DNA of 59,215 nt from an uncultured Gammaproteobacteria bacterium (GTDB lineage: Bacteria > Pseudomonadota > Gammaproteobacteria > Xanthomonadales > Xanthomonadaceae). Positions 17,910 through 26,064 of this stretch are shown piece after piece. The DNA lies in NCBI GenBank assembly GCA_966212495.1, contig CBIHRR010000001.1, positions 1 through 59,215 of the forward strand. The letters are read 5' to 3'. Under the pieces are notes generated by a model. That model was given only the letters and a program-made list of their open reading frames with translations, was not told the DNA's origin and ran no database searches. The stretch's first letter is position 1; every line of letters begins with the position of its first letter. A program made the position numbers and the translations under genes.

Positions 17910-19079
17910 ATGATGGAAGCATCCGGCGAAGGCCGGCCCGGCGGGCCAGGGAGCCGCAGGCAACGGCGGTTGGCGCTGCCGGTGGCGGCCTTGCTGGTCA
18001 TGCTGGCCGGCCAGGGACTGCTGGGCGTTCCTGTCTTGCACGCGCAGCAGGGCGAACAGGCCCGTGCGACCCAGGGCGCCTCTGGCGCGCTCCCCAAGCC
18101 GATGACCGCGAGCGACTTCCTGCGCATGCTTCCGCCGACGGACATGGGCGGCGATACCCCGCTGCACCGGATGGCGCTGGACGACATCCCCGCCTTGCCG
18201 TTTGCCTCGGCACGCGTCGCCTCGAACCCGCTGGCACCGCACGCGATCCCCATCGGCGCGAAGAGTTGCGCCTCCTGTCACGCGCTGGAGACCCTGCAGG
18301 CGTCGCACAGCCTCCACGTCGGCGCCTTCATGGCGGGAGCGCACGGCGTCGCGCCGCAGGGCGCGTGCGAAGCCTGCCATGGCCCGGGATCGGCGCACGC
18401 GCAGCGTCCCGAAGCGAAGGGCCTGATCATCGCCTACACGCATGGCAGCGCGACCCCGGTCGACGTGCAGGCGGGCACCTGCCTTGGCTGCCACGCCAAT
18501 GGCGCGCGCCAGCACTGGACCGGATCGGTGCACGAGCGTCGCGGCCTGTCGTGCACCGATTGCCACAACCCGATGGTGCGGCTGTCGTCCGAAGGACTGC
18601 TTGCCAGGCCCACGATCAACGAGGTGTGCGCGACCTGCCATCGCGACGTGCGCGCGCAGTTCAACCGGCGTTCGCACATGCCGTTGCCGGAAGGCCAGCT
18701 GTCGTGCGTCGATTGCCACAACCCGCACGGCACGGTCACCGCGCCGCTGCTCAAGACCGCCACCGTCAACGAAACCTGCTACTCCTGCCACGCGGACAAG
18801 CGCGGCCCGTTCCTGTTCGAGCATGCGCCGGTGCGCGAAAGCTGCCTGAACTGCCACACGCCGCACGGCTCCAACCACGCAGACCTGCTGGTGACGCCGG
18901 TGCCGATGCTGTGCCAGCAATGCCATACCAACTTCCAGCATCCCAACGACCTGCTGACGCGGCAGAACCTGCGCAGCGGGCTCGTCCCGGACGAGCGCGT
19001 GATGTCGCGCGGATGCCTCAACTGCCACGGCAACATCCACGGATCCAACCATCCCGCCGGACCCACGCTGGTCAAGTGA
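17910..19079 (+). CDS. DmsE/MtrA/PioA-family decaheme c-type cytochrome
   Basis: Ten CxxCH motifs (CASCH, CEACH, CLGCH, CTDCH, CATCH, CVDCH, CYSCH, CLNCH, CQQCH, CLNCH). Family signatures KRGPFLFEHAPV and IHGSNHP. Signal peptide. Confidence 0.93.
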   Translation: MMEASGEGRPGGPGSRRQRRLALPVAALLVMLAGQGLLGVPVLHAQQGEQARATQGASGALPKPMTASDFLRMLPPTDMGGDTPLHRMALDDIPALPFASARVASNPLAPHAIPIGAKSCASCHALETLQASHSLHVGAFMAGAHGVAPQGACEACHGPGSAHAQRPEAKGLIIAYTHGSATPVDVQAGTCLGCHANGARQHWTGSVHERRGLSCTDCHNPMVRLSSEGLLARPTINEVCATCHRDVRAQFNRRSHMPLPEGQLSCVDCHNPHGTVTAPLLKTATVNETCYSCHADKRGPFLFEHAPVRESCLNCHTPHGSNHADLLVTPVPMLCQQCHTNFQHPNDLLTRQNLRSGLVPDERVMSRGCLNCHGNIHGSNHPAGPTLVK

Positions 19080-19105
19080 CCGGTCCATTCCACCAGGGCG
19101 TCGCC

Positions 19106-19165
19106 ATGCCGAAGCCGAACATGCCTGTATCGAGCATGCCTGTATCGAGCATGCTGAAACCGAAC
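19106..19165 (+). repeat. 15-bp ATG-initiated repeat (A-B-B-A') at the mtrB start
   Basis: atgccgaagccgaac / atgcctgtatcgagc / atgcctgtatcgagc / atgctgaaaccgaac, encoding MPKPN MPVSS MPVSS MLKPN. Confidence 0.85.
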
Positions 19166-21805
19166 GTGCTCGCGGCGCTCGTCGGCGCGATCCTGGGCCT
19201 GGGCCCCTGCGCGGACGCCTTGGCGCAAGCGGACACCAGCGATTCCCAGCGCGTCGGCAACCTGCAGTTCGGCAACGGCCTGGACCCGGCGGGCTGGGAT
19301 CCCTTCGTCGTCGCGGATCCGCAGGGCATGTCGTGGCTGCATCCGGGCCAGCTGCGCACGCCCACCGGTGCGCTCTATCCCTATCCGCACGCGGTGCCCG
19401 GCGAAAAGGCGATCGCAACGACGGACTGGAGCTACTACGGACTGGTCAGGCTCGGATACGTGTCGACGCGCGGCGACGACGACAATGCGTTCTTCCGGAG
19501 GTACACGGACTGGGGAAACGGACCGGTCCTGGGCCTGCTCGCGTTTTCGGCATTGAACCGCGACACCGGCGCTTACGTCGAGGTGCGCGGCAGCAGGATC
19601 AGCCAGGACGACGAGTATCTTCGCGTCCGCGCCGGGCGATACGGTTCGAGCCGCTTCGAGTTCTTCCAGCGCGCGACATCGCATGTCCTGGACACGACCG
19701 CGTATCCGCTCTGGGACGGCGTCGGGAGCACGAGCCTCGTGCTGCCTCCCGGCATCGCCACCGGCAGCAAGCCCGACGCGGTGCGCGCGGCCATGGAGGA
19801 CCGTCCGCGCGAGACGCTCGGCATCGTGCGACGGAGCACCGGCGCGAGCTGGGAAGGGACGGCGACGCCGCGCTGGATCGGCTACGCGGGCGTGACCCGC
19901 GAGCGCCGGGAAGGCGAGCGCGCCTGGGGCGGCCCGATGTACCTCAGCTATTTCTTCATTGCGCCGGGGCCGGGTGGCGCCGGTTCGCCCGGCGTGCCGG
20001 GCAGGTTCGGCGGCCAGTACGAGACCGTGCGCCCCGTCGATTCCACGACCACCGATGTCCACCTCGGGCTGCGCAACAAGGGCGGCGAGATGGGTTGGCT
20101 GCTCGACTTCAGCCTCAACGGCTCGTTCTTCCGCGACCACAAGGACCATCTCGACTACCAGGTGCCGTTCTCCGTGGTCCCGGGCACGCGGTCGATGATC
20201 AACGGCGGAACGTGGGCGCTCGAGCCGGACAACGATTACTACAACCTGCAGCTGGAGGCTTCGCACCGGCTGAAGTTCTGGAACGGCAACCTGTCGCTCA
20301 CGGCGTCCTGGGCGAGCATGCGCCAGGACGATCCCTTGCAGGCGCCGCTCGACCCTGCGTTCTGTCCGGATGGCGCATCGATCTCGACCAGCGGCATCGC
20401 GTGCTCGGACTGGAACACCACGGCGGCGCTGTCGCGCACGACCGCGAAGGCCCGCATCGACACCATGCTCGTCGACGTGCGCACCGATTTCCGGCCCGGC
20501 GCCGCCGTCCGCCTGTTCGCGCACCTGCGGCGCTACGAAGAGGACAACCGTACGCGCTACACGATGTACAACCCGCTGACCGGCCAGTACGGCTATGTCG
20601 CCGAGAACGGCGCGGTGGCGCTCGTGATCCCCGAGCCGGCGTTCTCCGGCCTGTTCAAGCCGGGGGATGCCGCGTACCAGTCCGTGTACACCCAGGTCGC
20701 CAACATTCCCTACAGCTACGATCGCCTCGATTTCGAGCTCGGCGGGAGCCGGGATTTCGGCGCGCGCGGCACGGTGGGCACGCGCTACCGGTACGAGCGG
20801 CGCACGCCCCGCGTGCGCGAACGCGACCGCGTCGACGACCACCGCCTCGAACTGACATGGGATGGACGGATTTTCCGCGGCACGGTTCCCGGGGGCGCGA
20901 CACTGCGCGTGGGTTACGAAGCGCAACGCCGCACCGGCGATGCCTACGATCCCGATCCGTACCTCGCCGCTTATTCGCCATCGATGCCGGGCTACGTGCC
21001 GCCCGCGGCGGGCAATCCGGCCTTCACCGTCGCGCAGATGCGCAAGTACGACCTCGGCGACGTGTCATCGAGCCGGTTGCGCGCGATCCTGGTCATGCCG
21101 GCGGGCGATGCCGCCACGATCAGCGCCACGCTGCAGGGCGACCGCAAGGACTACCGTGCGTCGATCGGTCGCCGCGCGTTCGACACCACCGGCGCGGATG
21201 TCGCGTGGGACTGGTCGCCTTCGCCGGGCACCACGATGAGCGCCTACGCCGGCGTCCAGTCGAGCCGGCTCGTGCAGGGCAACGTCAACGACAACGAAGC
21301 GCTGGCGTACTCCTCGCCGGACCAGGCCAACCCGGAAGCCGGCGGGCCGTTCTATCCGTTCGGCAACGCCTGGTCGGCGGCGGACGAAGAGCGCAACGTC
21401 AACGCCGGCCTGCACCTCCAGCACGCGTTCACGCCGCGCGTCCGGATCGACGTGGGCTACGACTTCAGCGGTTCGCGCGGCGTCGACCGCTACGACTACG
21501 CGACGCTGGCCGCGCTTTCGGTCGTGTATGCCCGCATCCTCGACGAAGCGGCGGTCGGCGACCGCTTCCCGGCGAATCTCTACCGCACGCACGACGTGGC
21601 GGCGAAGCTCGATTTCGCGCTCAGCCGAAACGTCGACCTGCGCCTGACTTGCCAGTACCAGCACGGCCGGTTCTTCGACTGGCACTACGCCGGCTTCGAC
21701 ACGCCTGCCGATCTCGTCGTCGGCAACCGCGTGTTCACGGAACTCGCGCCGCCATCGCGCTGGAACGCGATGGCGGTGGGGGCCTTCCTCACCATCCGGT
21801 TGTAA
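19106..21805 (+). CDS. MtrB/PioB-family outer-membrane beta-barrel
   Basis: Directly follows the decaheme gene. Signal peptide ending ALA-QA; ETVRPVDSTT, LEPDNDYY and MRKYDLGD segments; C-terminal beta-strand FLTIRL; ~899 aa. Confidence 0.87.
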   Translation: MPKPNMPVSSMPVSSMLKPNVLAALVGAILGLGPCADALAQADTSDSQRVGNLQFGNGLDPAGWDPFVVADPQGMSWLHPGQLRTPTGALYPYPHAVPGEKAIATTDWSYYGLVRLGYVSTRGDDDNAFFRRYTDWGNGPVLGLLAFSALNRDTGAYVEVRGSRISQDDEYLRVRAGRYGSSRFEFFQRATSHVLDTTAYPLWDGVGSTSLVLPPGIATGSKPDAVRAAMEDRPRETLGIVRRSTGASWEGTATPRWIGYAGVTRERREGERAWGGPMYLSYFFIAPGPGGAGSPGVPGRFGGQYETVRPVDSTTTDVHLGLRNKGGEMGWLLDFSLNGSFFRDHKDHLDYQVPFSVVPGTRSMINGGTWALEPDNDYYNLQLEASHRLKFWNGNLSLTASWASMRQDDPLQAPLDPAFCPDGASISTSGIACSDWNTTAALSRTTAKARIDTMLVDVRTDFRPGAAVRLFAHLRRYEEDNRTRYTMYNPLTGQYGYVAENGAVALVIPEPAFSGLFKPGDAAYQSVYTQVANIPYSYDRLDFELGGSRDFGARGTVGTRYRYERRTPRVRERDRVDDHRLELTWDGRIFRGTVPGGATLRVGYEAQRRTGDAYDPDPYLAAYSPSMPGYVPPAAGNPAFTVAQMRKYDLGDVSSSRLRAILVMPAGDAATISATLQGDRKDYRASIGRRAFDTTGADVAWDWSPSPGTTMSAYAGVQSSRLVQGNVNDNEALAYSSPDQANPEAGGPFYPFGNAWSAADEERNVNAGLHLQHAFTPRVRIDVGYDFSGSRGVDRYDYATLAALSVVYARILDEAAVGDRFPANLYRTHDVAAKLDFALSRNVDLRLTCQYQHGRFFDWHYAGFDTPADLVVGNRVFTELAPPSRWNAMAVGAFLTIRL

Positions 21806-21817
21806 GGGAGGCGAACC

Positions 21818-22552
21818 ATGCGGTCCCCCAGGCTTCCCTTCCTCCTGCTCGCCGTCGCGACGATGGGCCTGGCCGGCACCTTCGCGGCCGCGTTCGCCCT
21901 CGCGGCCGAAAGCGACGGCGCAACCGGCACGCCGCAGGCGCGCGTCCTCGACTTGCGCCGGCAGCAGCCGATCACCGGCGACGCGCAGGCCGGCCAGGCG
22001 CTGTCGGCGGTGTGCAGCGCCTGCCACGGCACGAACGGCGTCGGCATCGCGCCGAACTTCCCGAACCTGGCCGGGCAGTCGGCGACCTACCTCTACGTGC
22101 AGCTGAGGACGTTCAAGGACGGCGAGCGCAGTGACCCCGTGATGGGCGCCATGGTCGCGTCCATCGGCGACGTCGACATGCGCAACCTCGCCGCGTACTA
22201 CGCCTCGCTGCCGGCGAACGCCGCCACGCAGGGTGCCTCGGATTCGCGTGGCGCGAAGTTGTTCACCGATGGCGAACCCTCCGTTGGCATTCCTTCTTGC
22301 CAGGCCTGCCATGGCGCCGACGGCCGCGGGCCGCGTCCGGATGCCGACGTGGACGCCACGGCACCACGGCCGCCGTGGTCCACGGTCCCGCGGCTGCAGG
22401 GACAGTCCGGTGCCTACGTCGCCAAGGCGCTCCACGACTTCAAGGACGGTGCCCGCGGCGGCACGAGCAATGCGGCGATCATGCACGGCGTGGCGCAGGC
22501 GCTCGGCGATGCCGATATCCAGGCGCTGGCCGACTTCATCGATGCGCGATGA
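21818..22552 (+). CDS. Diheme cytochrome c4/c553
   Basis: Signal peptide. CSACH...FPNLAGQ...M and CQACH...PRLQGQ...M. RBS GGGAGG. Confidence 0.9.
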   Translation: MRSPRLPFLLLAVATMGLAGTFAAAFALAAESDGATGTPQARVLDLRRQQPITGDAQAGQALSAVCSACHGTNGVGIAPNFPNLAGQSATYLYVQLRTFKDGERSDPVMGAMVASIGDVDMRNLAAYYASLPANAATQGASDSRGAKLFTDGEPSVGIPSCQACHGADGRGPRPDADVDATAPRPPWSTVPRLQGQSGAYVAKALHDFKDGARGGTSNAAIMHGVAQALGDADIQALADFIDAR

Positions 22553-22585
22553 CGCGGCGCGCGGCGAAGTTGGCCCATAGCCGAT

Positions 22586-22614
22586 TTGAATAGTCCACGC
22601 ACGGCCAGTAATCT
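22586..22614 (+). promoter_or_regulatory. Possible sigma70-type promoter for the porin-ECF-anti-sigma-S8 unit
   Basis: TTGAAT-N17-TAATCT in an AT-richer intergenic gap. Confidence 0.4.
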
Positions 22615-22644
22615 CGCGTCCAGGCGAATGGCTTGAATGCGAGC

Positions 22645-23445
22645 ATGACGGCCCGACCACGCCGGCACATCCCGATATCCCGCGCCCCACGAATCACCCG
22701 CCGACCCGGCGCGGTGCTGTGGCTGGCCGCGGTTGCCGCGCAGGCGTGCCTGCCCGCGGTGGTGAATGCGCAGTCGCGCGTGGACGGGAAGATCGCGCTG
22801 TCCTCGCAGCTGGTGGATCGCGGGCTCGCGATCACGCGGGCCACCCCCATCCTGCAGGGCGCGGTGTCGTGGGCTTCGTCCTCGGGCTGGTCGCTGGGTG
22901 CCGCGGGCGCGGTGGAAACGCGTTCACCCGGAACGCCCGTGATGGCGCTGGCGCGTGCCTCGCGCGCCTGGGCCCCTTCGTCCGAATGGCAGGCGCAGGC
23001 GAGCCTCCTGTACTACGACTATCGCGTCGCCGCCATGCCGGACAGGCTCGATGCCAACCTCTACTTCACCTACCGCGACCTGCTGTCCTTCGGCGTGTCC
23101 GCCATCCGCGTCGACAACCCGCAGGCCCCGCGCCGGGTGACGGGTGCGGCCGACGCCACGCTCAGCTGGCCCGTCTCACGGCACCTGTCCCTCGCCGCGG
23201 GGGCCGGCATCGGCCAGGCGACGATCACGACCTATGGCTCCCGTCGCCCTCCCTACCTTTATGGCGCGGCCCGCGCCTACCGGTACGACCATGTGCGGTC
23301 CTACGCCTACGGCAGCCTCGGCCTGGCCTGGAGCGACGGCGCCTGGCGGCTGCAGGTCGACCGCAACATGAACAGCCTCGGCGACCGCAGGGTCTATGGT
23401 GCCCGGGCCCCCGGATGGGTCGCGACGCTGTCCCGGGCGTTCTGA
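22645..23445 (+). CDS. Small outer-membrane beta-barrel, TorF/Gcw-chp-like
   Basis: Signal peptide. SSQLVDRGLAIT...PILQGAVSW...SGWSLG resembles the Gcw-chp N-terminus. Ends in aromatic F (LSRAF). Confidence 0.6.
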   Translation: MTARPRRHIPISRAPRITRRPGAVLWLAAVAAQACLPAVVNAQSRVDGKIALSSQLVDRGLAITRATPILQGAVSWASSSGWSLGAAGAVETRSPGTPVMALARASRAWAPSSEWQAQASLLYYDYRVAAMPDRLDANLYFTYRDLLSFGVSAIRVDNPQAPRRVTGAADATLSWPVSRHLSLAAGAGIGQATITTYGSRRPPYLYGAARAYRYDHVRSYAYGSLGLAWSDGAWRLQVDRNMNSLGDRRVYGARAPGWVATLSRAF

Positions 23446-23446
23446 G

Positions 23447-23476
23447 GCAACCTATCCGGCGCCACCCGGCACCTAC
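23447..23476 (+). promoter_or_regulatory. Putative autoregulatory ECF-sigma promoter P5
   Basis: GCAAC ctatccggcgccacccgg CACCTAC (18-nt spacer), 37 nt upstream of the sigma ATG. Confidence 0.72.
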
Positions 23477-23513
23477 GCTGGAAGCCAGGCAGCGGTATCC
23501 ACCGCCAGGAAAC

Positions 23514-24098
23514 ATGAACGAGGCGAATGCTCATGCCGATGCCGTCGACCGCGCGCTGCTCCAGCGCATGGCCGCGGGCGATCGCGACGCGCTGTCCACG
23601 CTCTACCGCGACTACCACGGCCGGTTGTGCCGCTTCCTGTCGAGGTTGACGCGGCGCCCGGACGTCATCGAGGAGGTCGTCAACGACTGCTTCTGGATCG
23701 CGTGGCAGCACGCGGGCCAGTTCCGGGGCGATGCGCGGGTGTCCACCTGGCTCATGGGGATCGCGTATCGCTGCGGCCTCAAGGCCTTGCGCCGGCAGGG
23801 CAGCGAGGCGTTCGACGAGCTGACCGAGGACACGCTCCTCCCGGACATGGACAACGTCGCCGATCCGGGCGAGGACCGCGAGTTGCGCGACCTGCTCGGC
23901 AAGGCGCTCGAGCACCTCACCGCCGACCAGCGCGTCGTCGTCGAACTGGTCTACGGCATCGGCCACAGCCTCAACGAGGTCGCGGCGATCCTCCAATGCC
24001 CCGTCGGAACGGTGAAGGCGCGCCTGTTCCATGCGCGGGTGAAGCTGCTCAACGTCATGCCTGCGCTGGGCGGCGAAACGAAACTGCAGGGAGCCTAG
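23514..24098 (+). CDS. ECF (group 4) RNA polymerase sigma factor
   Basis: Region 2: GDRDALSTLY...EEVVNDCFWIAW...FRG...STWLMGIAY. Region 4: SLNEVAAILQCPVGTVKARLFHAR. RBS AGGA. Confidence 0.93.
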   Translation: MNEANAHADAVDRALLQRMAAGDRDALSTLYRDYHGRLCRFLSRLTRRPDVIEEVVNDCFWIAWQHAGQFRGDARVSTWLMGIAYRCGLKALRRQGSEAFDELTEDTLLPDMDNVADPGEDRELRDLLGKALEHLTADQRVVVELVYGIGHSLNEVAAILQCPVGTVKARLFHARVKLLNVMPALGGETKLQGA

Positions 24099-24105
24099 GA
24101 GACCC

Positions 24106-24741
24106 ATGGCCTCGACCCATTCCCCCAACAAGGACTGCGTGCTCGCCTGGGATGCAATGCCCGATGCGCTGCAGGGCAACCTGTCGCCGCGGCAGCGCGA
24201 GTGGCTGGACGGGCATCTTGCGTGCTGCGATGCCTGCCGCGACCAGTTCGCCCAGCAGCAGCGCCTGGAACGGGCGATGTCGCTGCCGCCCGGCCTGCAG
24301 GTCGACATGGAAGGCGGACTGCAGCGCCTGCTGGCGCGGATCGACACGCCCGCGGTGCCCGAAGCGCGTGACTCGCTGCGCCATGCGGGGTGGGTCGGGC
24401 GCGCGCTGGTCGCTGCGGTGCTGGTGCAGGCGATCGGGCTCGGGGCGATGGGCGCGAAGTTGTGGTCCATCGAGCCCGCCGCCGCGTATCGGACCTTGGG
24501 CGACGAAGCCCCGCCGACGCCCGCCGGTTCGATCCGGCTGGTGCCGGAGCCGGCCATGGCGCTTTCGGAGTGGGATGCGCTGCTGCGCGAGAACAGGCTG
24601 CGCGTCATTGCCGGCCCCAACGCCGTCGGCGCCTACACCGTGGTCGCGTCCTCGGGCACGGCGGGGCGCGATGCGCTGCTGCAGCGGCTGCGCGCGCACC
24701 GCGGCGTCCGCCTGGCCGAGCCCGTCACCGGCACGCCATGA
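24106..24741 (+). CDS. Zinc-finger (zf-HC2/ZAS) anti-sigma factor, single TM, with periplasmic domain
   Basis: HLACCDAC (Hx3Cx2C); one TM helix (ALVAAVLVQAIGLGAM); YRTLG linker; directly after the sigma gene. Confidence 0.87.
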   Translation: MASTHSPNKDCVLAWDAMPDALQGNLSPRQREWLDGHLACCDACRDQFAQQQRLERAMSLPPGLQVDMEGGLQRLLARIDTPAVPEARDSLRHAGWVGRALVAAVLVQAIGLGAMGAKLWSIEPAAAYRTLGDEAPPTPAGSIRLVPEPAMALSEWDALLRENRLRVIAGPNAVGAYTVVASSGTAGRDALLQRLRAHRGVRLAEPVTGTP

Positions 24742-26054
24742 AGTTCGCGTTCGCGCTCGTGCTTGCCGCCACGACGCTGGCGGGCGCCTGCGCGCACGCG
24801 CCGGTCGGCGAACCCGCGGGTGCAAGCCACGCCGGCGCCGCGCCGGCGACGGCCGGAGCAAGCGCGCCCGACGGCGCGCGCGACATCGTCGTGACCGTCC
24901 TGAATCCGGTGTCGCCGCCGGCCGCGCACGCGGGTTCGAACGTGCTCGGGTACGCAGCCATCGACCATTACCGCAACGGCCAACGCGCGATGTCGACGCT
25001 GGCCGCGCTGGAGCGGCGCTACCGGCTGCGCGAGATCACCGGTTGGCCCATCAAGCCGCTCGGCGTGTACTGCGCCGTGCTGCGGCCCGAGCCGGGCGCA
25101 GACCGCGACGCGCTGCTCGCCGCGCTGTCGCGCGACGAGCGCGTGCGCATCGCCGAGCCGCTGCACGAATACGCGCTGTACGCGCATCCGTCCGCACCCC
25201 TGCGCTACAACGATCCTTACGTCGGCATGCAGCGCGGATTCGCCGAAATCGACGCGGCGGCGGCGCAGGAAGCGAGCCAGGGCAGGGGCGTGGACATCGC
25301 GATCGTCGACACCGGCGTGGATGTCGCCCACCCGGACCTGAAGGGCCGCATCCGTGGTACGTACAACATGGTCGACGACGATGCCGCGGCGTTCAACGCC
25401 GATCGGCACGGAACCGAAGTCGCCGGCATCATCGCCGCGGTGGGCGACAACCGCCTCGGCATCGTGGGCATCGCGCCGCAGGCGACCCTGAGCGTGTACA
25501 AGGCGTGCTGGCAGGCGGCCGGCACGGGTGCGGCGCGCTGCAACACGCTCACGCTCGCCAAGGCGCTCGCCGCGCTCATCGACGCCGCCCCGCGCATCAT
25601 CAACCTGAGCTTGGGCGGCCCCCCGGATCCGCTGCTCGAACAGTTGCTCGTCGCCTTGCTGCGCCAGGATCGGATCGTGGTCGTCGCGATGCCTCCCGAC
25701 GGGCGCATCGCCGGGTTCCCCGCGGGAACGCCGGGCGTCATCGTCGTGCGCTCCGCGCTATCGCCGGGCGGGATGCCGGGCGCCGTGGATGCGCCCGGCA
25801 CCGACATCCTCACCACCCAGCCCGACGGGCGCTACGATTTCGCATCCGGATCGTCCCTTGCCGCGGCCCACGTCAGCGGGATCGCGGCGCTTCTGCTTTC
25901 GCTTTCCCCGGGCCTGGAGGCCGATGACGTGCGGCGCATCCTCCACCGAAGCCGCGCAAGCGCGGGCGGAAGCCGGATGGTGAATGCCGCGGCGGCCGTC
26001 GCAGCGCTGCCCCGACCGGGTGCGGTCGATGCGCGGGGCGCGCGCGCCCGGTGA
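24738..26054 (+). CDS. Subtilase (S8) serine protease, probable lipoprotein
   Basis: Lipobox-like LAGAC. Catalytic triad IVDTG / HGTEVAG / SGSSLAAAHVSG, plus INLSLG. ATGA overlap with the anti-sigma. Confidence 0.9.
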   Translation: MKFAFALVLAATTLAGACAHAPVGEPAGASHAGAAPATAGASAPDGARDIVVTVLNPVSPPAAHAGSNVLGYAAIDHYRNGQRAMSTLAALERRYRLREITGWPIKPLGVYCAVLRPEPGADRDALLAALSRDERVRIAEPLHEYALYAHPSAPLRYNDPYVGMQRGFAEIDAAAAQEASQGRGVDIAIVDTGVDVAHPDLKGRIRGTYNMVDDDAAAFNADRHGTEVAGIIAAVGDNRLGIVGIAPQATLSVYKACWQAAGTGAARCNTLTLAKALAALIDAAPRIINLSLGGPPDPLLEQLLVALLRQDRIVVVAMPPDGRIAGFPAGTPGVIVVRSALSPGGMPGAVDAPGTDILTTQPDGRYDFASGSSLAAAHVSGIAALLLSLSPGLEADDVRRILHRSRASAGGSRMVNAAAAVAALPRPGAVDARGARAR

Positions 26055-26064
26055 TGCCTTCGCG

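Noticed and set aside
18266..19105. Apparent 1179-aa MtrB, and similarly extended N-termini for nusA, truB, the EAL protein, the methyltransferases and the GTs
   Set aside because: The extensions overlap upstream real genes. Downstream starts with an RBS, signal peptide or stop/start coupling fit better.
3200..22552. Functional coupling of complex I (nuo) with the MtrAB conduit because of proximity
   Set aside because: They are separated by about 13 kb and opposing operons. Proximity is adequately explained by the insertion site.
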